This document shows, in pieces, positions 1-7,865 of a DNA stretch of 43,131 nucleotides. The notes beneath the pieces are model-generated. The model ran no database searches and was not told the DNA's origin. It worked only from the letters and a program-made list of their open reading frames with translations. Both the position numbers and the translations under genes were made by a program. Source of the stretch: a virus; the UHGV virus genome UHGV-0207032; one strand, 5' to 3'. Every line of letters starts with the position of its first letter. Within the stretch, counting starts at the first letter, position 1.

Positions 1-2037
1 GTGATGGATTTGGAACTAGATCAATTTAGAGATGTCGATTTAGTGATTGATAGAGCGAATGATAGCTTTGTGCAGAAGCAGTTCGTTTCTCAAGGCGATT
101 ATAAAGGCCGCACGCTTACCATTCAGGTTACTAACAATGGAAATGTCGGAGAAGTTCCGGGATTGATGTTAAATCTTAATTGGCATAATGAAGCAAGCGG
201 GCTGACAGATTTGAAGGCTTTTTCTGTTTTAGATAAAGCCAATAGCATTTACCGAATTGAATACCCTCAAAATATGATGACACCCGGGAAAGTTATTGCA
301 AGTATTCAGGTTATCCAAGACGGAAAAGTAACGAATTTAAAACAATTTGAGTTAACAGTTCAAAACTTGGCGGGACAGCCTGTAGGGATAGTAGAAAAAG
401 CTGAATTTAGCGCACTAGTAGCAGTTTTGGCAGATGCTAACAGATTTCGAACAGACATAGACGATTTGGATCAATCAAAAGCAAGTAGGGTAGAACTGGA
501 AACCGTTGAGACAGACTTATCTATGAAAATTGAACAGAATGCATTAAATACAACAAATCAATTAGGAAACAAAGTAGATAAGGGAGGCGCATCTCAAGTT
601 ACTTGGGGGATGATTGCACAAGATGCTCGTGAACAAATTTCCGGAGATAAGGTAGCGGTTGTGGGTCCAGATAGTGTCAATACTCCGAACTTGGTAGATG
701 GAGCAGTTACTTCTGTAAAACTTTCAGGAGAATACAATTATAAAAAATATATAAATTCTGGAATGCTATCCACCGTTCTGAATAATGGACTTTATTTGTT
801 TTCAGCACAATTAATTGGAGACAGCCCTTTAACGAACGGCAATGGGCAGTTAGAAGTTAGGAAGACAGGCGACTATGTTGTTCAAATTGTGACTAATCTG
901 TCAAATCCAAAAGAGGAGTATTATCGTATTATTCGGCCAAGCATTAATAATGTAAGCAGTTGGGTAAGTTCTTTAATTGGAGAAGCGAGTATTTCTAGAT
1001 CCAAATTAGCTAAAGATTATAACTTTGTAAATACAATTTCAACTGGAAGCTATAATGATTTATTGTCTAGTGGTATCTATTTAATGGTTGGGGAAATTAA
1101 CGATGGTCCAATTGGGATTAATGGTAGTTCAATCCTTAAAGTAGAAGTCGCGGGACAATGGATACACCAAACTTTTGCAACACTACAAATGCCTAGTCAG
1201 AGAGCATATAGATTTTATAACGGAACGAATTGGAGCACCTGGGATAGTATAAAGGTAAGTAATTTAACCGGAAGTATTGTTGTTAATTTTGGAGATTCAA
1301 TTTTTGGAAACACTCAAAATAGCACAAGTGTATCTAATTATATTGCATTAAAAACGGGAGCAACTGTTTATAACTGCGGATTTGGTGGATGCCGCATGGC
1401 ATCTGGTCAAGAAATAGATAGGTGGCAGGCATTCTCTATGTTCAGATTAGCAGATGAAATCGTAAAAGAAGCTACAGATGATACTAAATGGAACATTCAA
1501 GATAATGCTATTTCGAATACATCGTGGTCAGACAAACCTGCATATTTTGAAAATTCATTAGAACGATTGAAAGGAATAGATTTTTCTACCGTTGACATAC
1601 TTACTATAGCATATGGAACAAATGACTATACTGGTGGTAATGCGATTGATGATGTTACCAATTCTTATAATACGGATACATTTGCGGGAGCATTAAGACA
1701 TTCCCTAAAAAAAATAATGACAAAGTATCCAAACGTTAAAATATTGTTATGTACTCCAACATATCGACTATGGTTTAACTCAGACGGAACCGTAGAATCT
1801 GACTCGGATAGTAGAGATTATGCTGGTACAGGGTCTTTAATCGGGTATGTTGAAAAAACAAAAGATATTGCAAAAGAATACAAAGTTCTTTGTATAGATA
1901 ATTATTATGAACTTGGTATCAATAGATTTAATGCGATAAATTTCTTTACAGTTCAAGACGGAACTCATCACAATTCTGTAGGAAGAAAAGTATTGGGAGA
2001 AAAAATAGGTGCTAACTTACTATCATTTTTTAGTTAG
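1..2037 (+). CDS. Tail fibre / receptor-binding protein with C-terminal SGNH(GDSL)-hydrolase domain
   Basis: 678 aa directly after Tal; C-terminal third carries GDS block (VVNFGDSIFGN) and DGTHHN (DxxH) block typical of SGNH esterases; the true start is probably the ATG at position 4. Confidence 0.65.
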   Translation: MMDLELDQFRDVDLVIDRANDSFVQKQFVSQGDYKGRTLTIQVTNNGNVGEVPGLMLNLNWHNEASGLTDLKAFSVLDKANSIYRIEYPQNMMTPGKVIASIQVIQDGKVTNLKQFELTVQNLAGQPVGIVEKAEFSALVAVLADANRFRTDIDDLDQSKASRVELETVETDLSMKIEQNALNTTNQLGNKVDKGGASQVTWGMIAQDAREQISGDKVAVVGPDSVNTPNLVDGAVTSVKLSGEYNYKKYINSGMLSTVLNNGLYLFSAQLIGDSPLTNGNGQLEVRKTGDYVVQIVTNLSNPKEEYYRIIRPSINNVSSWVSSLIGEASISRSKLAKDYNFVNTISTGSYNDLLSSGIYLMVGEINDGPIGINGSSILKVEVAGQWIHQTFATLQMPSQRAYRFYNGTNWSTWDSIKVSNLTGSIVVNFGDSIFGNTQNSTSVSNYIALKTGATVYNCGFGGCRMASGQEIDRWQAFSMFRLADEIVKEATDDTKWNIQDNAISNTSWSDKPAYFENSLERLKGIDFSTVDILTIAYGTNDYTGGNAIDDVTNSYNTDTFAGALRHSLKKIMTKYPNVKILLCTPTYRLWFNSDGTVESDSDSRDYAGTGSLIGYVEKTKDIAKEYKVLCIDNYYELGINRFNAINFFTVQDGTHHNSVGRKVLGEKIGANLLSFFS

Positions 2038-2180
2038 AAAGCAGGGTGGAAATTTAGTGAAAATCGAAAACTTATCTTCTAAAGTGTTTGACGAAAATAG
2101 AACAGAGGAAAGAAAGTTAATGAACCAATTTATTGATTTTCTTAAAGATGATATCATTGTCATAAAAACTGAAGGAGACA

Positions 2181-2687
2181 ATGATGGAAATTTTAGGGAT
2201 GAAAGAACAAAAGATAAAGATACTAGATACTCCGTTAGGAAATAAAATATCTATAAGCGCAGATTTTGAGTTGCCAGAAAAATTAAACATGGAAATACTA
2301 ATAGCCATTAAACTAGTCGAGTTAGAAATGGAGTTTCAAGGAATCAATATTGAAAAAATAAAGGGAACGAACTTAATCATCCTCTCCTCAGGAATAATTG
2401 AATTAAAAATGAGTAGTATAGGGAATTACATTCGTTTCTCTGTCATTGATTACTCTAAACTAATAAACATTAGTAATGAGATCGCTAGAATTGCGGTGAT
2501 AATCGAAGAGTTAGTCCATAATTTTTGGAATTATAGCGATGAAGAAAAAATTAAACTGATTGATATTAAAATTCTAAAGAGGTTGGATCAGAATGTTGAG
2601 ATTGAGGATATATTTGATATGAGTACTATTCAGGATTCTGAAAAGATCAGCTATTTAGTACTTACACCCGAAAATTTTGATAAGTAG
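2181..2687 (+). CDS. Hypothetical protein, very AT-rich insert between tail-fibre gene and lysis cassette
   Basis: 168-aa ORF with RBS AAGGAGA upstream of ATG 2181/2184; GC far below the flanking genes; followed by a strong terminator. Confidence 0.4.
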   Translation: MMEILGMKEQKIKILDTPLGNKISISADFELPEKLNMEILIAIKLVELEMEFQGINIEKIKGTNLIILSSGIIELKMSSIGNYIRFSVIDYSKLINISNEIARIAVIIEELVHNFWNYSDEEKIKLIDIKILKRLDQNVEIEDIFDMSTIQDSEKISYLVLTPENFDK

Positions 2688-2693
2688 TGAATT

Positions 2694-2725
2694 AAGCATA
2701 CTCAATCGAGTGTGCTTTTTATTTT
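2694..2725 (+). terminator. Rho-independent terminator
   Basis: 10-bp stem AAGCATACTC/GAGTGTGCTT (one G-U pair), loop AATC, then TTTATTTT. Confidence 0.6.
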
Positions 2726-2742
2726 AGGAAAGTAGGTGGCAT

Positions 2743-3102
2743 ATGAAAAATATAATTATCCTCAAATGGGATAGTTTAGTTCTCAGTATCGTGTCGGTTT
2801 TATACGGTTTGCAGTTGCTTTTGCACCCCGAAATTTTGCAAGAGTACAGAGTATATCAGTTGGTTGACGAACTGTTCGACTATCGAGCAATCAGCGCAGT
2901 GTTTATGATATTGGGTTTTCTCAAAATCTTAGGCATTGTTATCAATAATAAGAAATTAAAGCATACAGTGTTAGTATTACTTACATTCTTTTGGACACTC
3001 TTTGGGGTGTCTTTTGTTTTATCTGCACCACCAAATACAATCGGCATTTTATCCTTGGCAATGGCATTCCTTGCGATGGGAATTGCCATCAAGGAGGACT
3101 GA
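2743..3102 (+). CDS. Small multi-pass membrane protein (lysis-cassette associated, possible holin-like)
   Basis: 119 aa with 3-4 hydrophobic segments; RBS GGAAAGTAGGTGG before the ATG; sits immediately upstream of the holin/endolysin genes. Confidence 0.45.
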   Translation: MKNIIILKWDSLVLSIVSVLYGLQLLLHPEILQEYRVYQLVDELFDYRAISAVFMILGFLKILGIVINNKKLKHTVLVLLTFFWTLFGVSFVLSAPPNTIGILSLAMAFLAMGIAIKED

Positions 3103-3106
3103 TACT

Positions 3107-3418
3107 GTGGGAGACATCAACTTGACTACAATCATTGTGGCTCTTGGCGGTGGGTATATCACCTATCTAGGAACTAAATATTCTAACAAAGCAAATCTCG
3201 AAAAGACTAATACTGAAAATGCCGATGTTCTATACAGAAAGTATCAGGAGATGGTAGATAAGTTAGAGAAGAAAGTCGATAAACTTGAAGCAGAAATTTC
3301 TGATATCAAAAACAAGTATGAGAAGGAAATTGCTTACTACCAAAAATTGGTTGAAGAGTTAGAAGACGAGAACGAAGAGTTGAAAACAGAATTAGCAAAT
3401 TTGAAAGGTGGAATTTAA
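3107..3418 (+). CDS. Membrane-anchored coiled-coil protein (GTG start)
   Basis: RBS AAGGAGGA 5 nt before GTG 3107; N-terminal TM (IIVALGGGYITYLG) then heptad-rich coiled coil. The ORF-track start at 3002 overlaps the previous gene and lacks an RBS. Confidence 0.4.
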   Translation: MGDINLTTIIVALGGGYITYLGTKYSNKANLEKTNTENADVLYRKYQEMVDKLEKKVDKLEAEISDIKNKYEKEIAYYQKLVEELEDENEELKTELANLKGGI

Positions 3419-3754
3419 ATGGAAGCATTACAGGATGTATTGTTAAACTTGTTGATTGTCGTTGTTGGTTTGGCGACAACTTTCATCGGACAAAAAGGAA
3501 CGGCATATTTGAAGAAGAAAGGTGTCTTAGCTCAGTTGGAAAGCAAGAAAAACTATGTGGCGATCGTTGTATCAGCAGTTCAGCAAGTATACGCAGAAGC
3601 AAATGGAGATGCTAAGTTGCAAGAAGCGAAAGTTCAACTTATTGATTTATTTAATAAGAACGGTATTAAGTTTACTGAAGACGAGTTGGACCTACTGATT
3701 GAGTCAGCGGTTAAGGGAATGAAAGACGGAGTAAAACAAGGAGTGGCTGAATAA
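3419..3754 (+). CDS. Putative holin
   Basis: 111 aa with a single N-terminal TM (LLNLLIVVVGLATTFIG) and a charged C-terminus; immediately upstream of the endolysin and translationally coupled to the previous gene. Confidence 0.5.
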   Translation: MEALQDVLLNLLIVVVGLATTFIGQKGTAYLKKKGVLAQLESKKNYVAIVVSAVQQVYAEANGDAKLQEAKVQLIDLFNKNGIKFTEDELDLLIESAVKGMKDGVKQGVAE

Positions 3755-3789
3755 GCCGCTCTTTTTCTATATCTAAAGGAGGAATATTT

Positions 3790-4764
3790 ATGACAATCCA
3801 ATCAGTACACGCAGGACATGGCGGAAAGAAAAACGGAAATGCATGGACAGATCCAGGAGCGGTAGGCAACGGTTATAAAGAAGCGGATGTAGCACGTACA
3901 ATCACTGATTTAATGGTCAAGAAAACTGGTGCTAAGAACGTTACCGATAATACAAGCTCGACATCGAATGGGATTATCAATAATGTAGCAGCGAACATCA
4001 ACAAATGCGCTGACGGTTGGCAAATTTCTAACCACTTGAATGCCTTCAACGGAAAAGCTACGGGCGTGGAAGTCTTATATGGTTCAGCAAGCAACAAAGC
4101 AACAGCTGCTAAGGTATCTGCCGCAATTGCCAAAACATTAGGTTTAGTTGATCGTGGCGCCAAAGATGGCTCTTGGCTGGGAATCGCTCGTAACTCGGGA
4201 TCAGGTAAAAAAGTCCTGTTGATCGAATGGGGATTTATCGACAACGCATCCGATATGAAAGCTTTATTCGGTAAAATGGATGCAGCAGTTAATGCGGCGC
4301 TGGCTGTGTTCGGATATTCTGCAAATTCATCTAGCAACAACAATACATCCACAAGCAAGCCAGCTGCTTCAACAAGTTTTAAAGTAGGAGACAAGGTGAA
4401 AATCATTGATGCGCTATACAAGGATAGTACAGGAGCTGGGCGTTCGACTGCTAGTCGTGGAAAAACAGCTACAATCAAGCGTATAGTCAGCGGGAACAAG
4501 CCATATCTTATCGACAGCCTCGGATGGGCGCATAAGAACGACATTCAGCTTGTGACAAGTAGTAATGCGACATACAAAGTTGGCGATACTGTGACCGTTC
4601 AAAGCTTCGCAACAAACTACCAAACTGGACAAAAGATTCCGAATTGGGTTAAAGGACAGAAGTACAAAATTAAGAAAGTAAAATCTGTTAACCAATCGAG
4701 ATCTAAAAAGGCATATTTGCTGGACGATGTAAATTCGTGGTTTCTCGAACAAGATATTAAGTAA
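3790..4764 (+). CDS. Endolysin: N-acetylmuramoyl-L-alanine amidase (Amidase_3-like) with two C-terminal cell-wall-binding repeats
   Basis: N-terminus HAGHGGKKNG..DPGAVGNG..E, later LIEWGFIDN, matching the Amidase_3 zinc-amidase pattern; C-terminus holds two ~60-aa repeats (KVGDKVKIID.. / YKVGDTVTVQ..); strong RBS AAGGAGGAA. Confidence 0.85.
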   Translation: MTIQSVHAGHGGKKNGNAWTDPGAVGNGYKEADVARTITDLMVKKTGAKNVTDNTSSTSNGIINNVAANINKCADGWQISNHLNAFNGKATGVEVLYGSASNKATAAKVSAAIAKTLGLVDRGAKDGSWLGIARNSGSGKKVLLIEWGFIDNASDMKALFGKMDAAVNAALAVFGYSANSSSNNNTSTSKPAASTSFKVGDKVKIIDALYKDSTGAGRSTASRGKTATIKRIVSGNKPYLIDSLGWAHKNDIQLVTSSNATYKVGDTVTVQSFATNYQTGQKIPNWVKGQKYKIKKVKSVNQSRSKKAYLLDDVNSWFLEQDIK

Positions 4765-4878
4765 ACAAAAATAGCCCGCTTTGGCGAGCTTATAAACGAA
4801 ATATTAAACGTTATTCTTTTCATTTGAATTAAAAATTATTTTATTGTAGACTTTGTAAGGCGATATTAAATCGTCAAT

Positions 4879-4941
4879 GAAGAGCACTATGCAAGGGAAA
4901 AGCTTGGGGAAGTGCGCATAGTACTCTTCTTATTTATTTTA
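4879..4941 (+). terminator. Long hairpin + U-tract (terminator of lysis cassette, or structured RNA element)
   Basis: 14-bp stem GAAGAGCACTATGC/GCATAGTACTCTTC (1 mismatch) with a 23-nt loop, followed by TTATTTATTTTA. Confidence 0.5.
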
Positions 4942-5063
4942 TCACGATTTCAACGTAATAGATATTATTGATTAGAAAATCGTCATAAATTGGTTGAGTT
5001 TAATTAATAAAAGATGTATCGTAGACTCATACAAACCAATCCAATTTTTCATATTACTCTTTT

Positions 5064-5097
5064 GGTCCACTCTATCATAACTAGGGTGGATTTTTTG
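5064..5097 (+). terminator. Terminator-like hairpin
   Basis: GGTCCAC..GTGGATT stem (two G-U pairs) then TTTTTTGTTG. Confidence 0.35.
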
Positions 5098-5176
5098 TTG
5101 AAATTAAACAAAGTAAATTGTAGAATGGAAGCAGCCTTAACCAGGCTAATATCCTGACATTTTTAACCCTGTTTCA

Positions 5177-5207
5177 AGCCCACTTTCTCCAAGGTGGGTT
5201 GTTTTTG
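5177..5207 (+). terminator. Terminator-like hairpin
   Basis: AGCCCAC..GTGGGTT stem then GTTTTTG. Confidence 0.35.
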
Positions 5208-5313
5208 AGCAAATGGTTTGAAAGATTTGGAAATAGTTAATATTATGAAATCTCCTTATAAAAAACTTTTTCATCTAATTGTGCCACTCCTCTCCGGAAG
5301 TGGTTGCTTGTTG

Positions 5314-5342
5314 TTGAAATGCAAACTGATGTTTGGTATAAT
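5314..5342 (+). promoter_or_regulatory. Consensus sigma-A promoter for the 3-gene accessory operon
   Basis: TTGAAA (5314-5319), 17-bp spacer, TATAAT (5337-5342); ~120 bp upstream of ATG 5460, which has RBS GTGAGGA. Confidence 0.6.
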
Positions 5343-5459
5343 TGCCACATAATCCTCATACGATTATATCTGCTATAGGAAGTCTTAGAAAACGCTTGTT
5401 TTTGAGGCTTCCTTTTGGTTTAATTTAATTAGCGGATAATTGCAAAGTGAGGATTATTT

Positions 5460-6527
5460 ATGGAATATACAAAAAAAATGTTAGAAAATAAACTAAACGA
5501 GATGAGCAAGGCTCAAAAGAAAGAACTCAATAAAGTATTTAAAGCAAATTCATCATTTTCAGAAGCATATTTTGAAGATATTGAAGAAGCACTTGAATCC
5601 AATGAAGCAATTGAGAATATTATTCAATCATTAAATCAATTTCTATTTATTGATAAGTACAAATACTCAGCAATATTTGAAGTTGTCAATAATGAAAAAC
5701 TAAGTTTTGAACAAATATTATCAAGAGTGCCTGTAGAATCAATAGATAACAAAAAGATTCAAAACTTAAATGACGAAAAATTAGGTTTTATGCGTAATGA
5801 TAATGATTTTGCTATATATTATCCTATTTATACAAAATTTGAAGATGATAATGGTAATTTAATAGATATTCAGAATTTTAATGGTATGCTCTTTAGCTTT
5901 TATCAAATAGATGAAAGGGTTTTTGTAGAAATCTGTATTTCTAGTATTAAATTAATGTATAGAGGTGACGATCCAGATTATTTTGGCACTATGATTAGTT
6001 TGGTCAAGTCAAGTATAACAAGAATTATCTCTTTAAAATTGGTGCCTTTAGATTTTAGTGATTTAGTATATTCTTTATCAGAAGATAAGAATCATCCAAT
6101 TATAAGAGGAACAGGCCAAAATATGTACACCAAGAAAAGAGCACAAGCAACGCTTACTAGTGGTAATTCTATTGATTTTGTTATCCCAATTCTAGGTGAG
6201 CTTGAGGAATTCATGGAATCAAAGAAAATCCATTTTGAAGCCAATAAAGAAACAAGACTATTACAGACAGAATTGCTAAACTTTATTCATGAAATAAAGT
6301 TTAATTCTCATTATTCATGGATTAATCTAACATGGGGCCAAAAAGACCTCCCTAAAAGCAGATTAATTGAAATCAAGTATTTATTTGATGGAGGATACAC
6401 ACTGCTTAGTTATTATAGTCATCTTTTAGGAAGAGAGGGAATGCGATATGCCACCAGAAAATTACTCGAAGAATTTATTGTCTACCAATCTCTTGAAAGA
6501 ATTGAAGAAAATGAATTTGTCATATAA
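5460..6527 (+). CDS. Hypothetical protein A of candidate defence operon (355 aa, no recognisable domain)
   Basis: ORF with RBS; ~28-30% GC, well below the phage backbone; N-terminal helical/coiled region; no Walker A or nucleotidyltransferase motif seen by eye. Confidence 0.6.
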   Translation: MEYTKKMLENKLNEMSKAQKKELNKVFKANSSFSEAYFEDIEEALESNEAIENIIQSLNQFLFIDKYKYSAIFEVVNNEKLSFEQILSRVPVESIDNKKIQNLNDEKLGFMRNDNDFAIYYPIYTKFEDDNGNLIDIQNFNGMLFSFYQIDERVFVEICISSIKLMYRGDDPDYFGTMISLVKSSITRIISLKLVPLDFSDLVYSLSEDKNHPIIRGTGQNMYTKKRAQATLTSGNSIDFVIPILGELEEFMESKKIHFEANKETRLLQTELLNFIHEIKFNSHYSWINLTWGQKDLPKSRLIEIKYLFDGGYTLLSYYSHLLGREGMRYATRKLLEEFIVYQSLERIEENEFVI

Positions 6528-6828
6528 TGAAGAACGACTTGTTAACGATATTTCAACTTATAACATAAATGAATATATCTATATTTCTTCGTTCAAAAGG
6601 AAGCATAATTTATCATACGATGATACGATTAAAATTTGTCGACTATGTATTAAAATGAATATTTTGAGAGAAGTATTTGTTGTTTCCTACAAAGGCAAGT
6701 GGATAGAGAAATACTATAAACTGTCTGAGATACCAAATATTGTATATGATGAAGAAGATGGTATTGATATATCCGTTAAAGAAGAAAACATATTTACTTG
6801 TTTTGAGGTGATTTCCAATGTTAAGTGA
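6448..6828 (+). CDS. Hypothetical small protein B of candidate defence operon
   Basis: ORF overlapping the end of gene A (RBS GAGGGAA before ATG 6448; alternative start at ATG 6511 gives 106 aa); its stop overlaps the start of gene C. Confidence 0.5.
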   Translation: MPPENYSKNLLSTNLLKELKKMNLSYNEERLVNDISTYNINEYIYISSFKRKHNLSYDDTIKICRLCIKMNILREVFVVSYKGKWIEKYYKLSEIPNIVYDEEDGIDISVKEENIFTCFEVISNVK

Positions 6829-7480
6829 GTTAGATCGAACGATAAATTACCTCCAGAAAATTGATACTGAGGATGAAAAAAAAGAATTATTATCTCAATA
6901 TCGTCTAGATAGTAGTTATATTAGCACTCTTAAAAAAGAGATAGAAAATATAGAAAAAGATGAATTTAAGAATTCTAAAGAAAAAGGGGATGCTCTAGAA
7001 AAATTAGCAAAAAATATCTTGACATTTAATAATATGTTTAGTGTTGACTCTAATCTGCATTCTTCAACAAACGAAGTAGATTTAGTATTAACATTGAATC
7101 CTGGAGCAAGGTTAATTTTAAGTACGCTGTATCCAAATTTGAGTAAACTTCAGTATATAGGAGAATGCAAAAACTATAACAAAAAGGTTGATGTTACTTG
7201 GGTTGGGAAAGTCCATTCTCTGTTGAACTTACATAACTTCGATATATGTTTGTTGTTTTCCCGAAAAGGATTTACAGGAAGAAATTGGGATGGTGGAAAA
7301 GGTTTATCCAAAAAAATTGCTCTCAAAGAAAACTTATATGTTATAGATATTAGTTTTGATGATATAAAAAGTCTGGAAGAAGTTTCTGTAATTGAATTGA
7401 TTGACAGTAAGTATCTTGAAATTATTCACGATATAGATTATACAAAATATTTATCAAAACACCCAGCGGAAACAGATTAA
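6818..7480 (+). CDS. PD-(D/E)xK nuclease, Mrr-cat-like restriction-endonuclease fold, with N-terminal coiled-coil extension (protein C of candidate defence operon)
   Basis: RBS GAGGTGA; motif series LEKLAKNIL ... NEVDLVL ... YIGECKNYNKKVDVTWVGKV parallels the Mrr_cat pattern FE.lv..ll / DgGiDl / QcK; 4-nt overlap with gene B. Confidence 0.6.
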   Translation: MLSELDRTINYLQKIDTEDEKKELLSQYRLDSSYISTLKKEIENIEKDEFKNSKEKGDALEKLAKNILTFNNMFSVDSNLHSSTNEVDLVLTLNPGARLILSTLYPNLSKLQYIGECKNYNKKVDVTWVGKVHSLLNLHNFDICLLFSRKGFTGRNWDGGKGLSKKIALKENLYVIDISFDDIKSLEEVSVIELIDSKYLEIIHDIDYTKYLSKHPAETD

Positions 7481-7486
7481 TAACTA

Positions 7487-7535
7487 AAACATACTAAAGC
7501 AGTAGATAATATATCTATAGTTTTAGTATGTTTTT
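7487..7535. terminator. Bidirectional terminator between convergent operons
   Basis: 13-bp perfect inverted repeat AAAACATACTAAA ... TTTAGTATGTTTT flanked by A/T runs. Confidence 0.55.
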
Positions 7536-7571
7536 AATTAGTAGAATGTTACAATGATAAACTTTTTAAGT

Positions 7572-7865
7572 TTATAAACGTAAATAAAAGGGGTCCTCGA
7601 AATCTTCAACACTCGTATCTTCGAAATTACATCTTTCAATGACTTCATGATGATCGCCTCCGTATCGTTGTACATAGTAACTATAACCAGTTTTGCCTAA
7701 AGTGACATCAACATAAAATTCTACACAGCGAGTTCCAAATAAGCATTCTTGAGATTCAGATATACTTTCAGGAAATTCCTGTTCAAACTCTGAATATGAG
7801 ATATACCCTTGTTCATACTGACTTATGATGTTTATTTTTATCAGTCCCTTCGTTCGAAATTCCAT
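7572..7865 (-). CDS. YolD-like small protein (partner of Y-family polymerase)
   Basis: ~98 aa immediately downstream of the umuC-like gene in the same operon, the arrangement seen in B. subtilis uvrX-yolD / yqjW-yqjX; the ORF-track start at 7961 overlaps the polymerase gene, so the internal start MEFRTKG was chosen. Confidence 0.45.
   Translation of the reverse strand: MEFRTKGLIKINIISQYEQGYISYSEFEQEFPESISESQECLFGTRCVEFYVDVTLGKTGYSYYVQRYGGDHHEVIERCNFEDTSVEDFEDPFYLRL

Noticed and set aside
3873-4823. Minus-strand ORFs (223, 112 and 68 aa) antisense to the endolysin gene.
   Set aside because: They fall entirely within a well-supported plus-strand gene, have no RBS, and show low-complexity Ala/Leu-rich translation typical of antisense frames.
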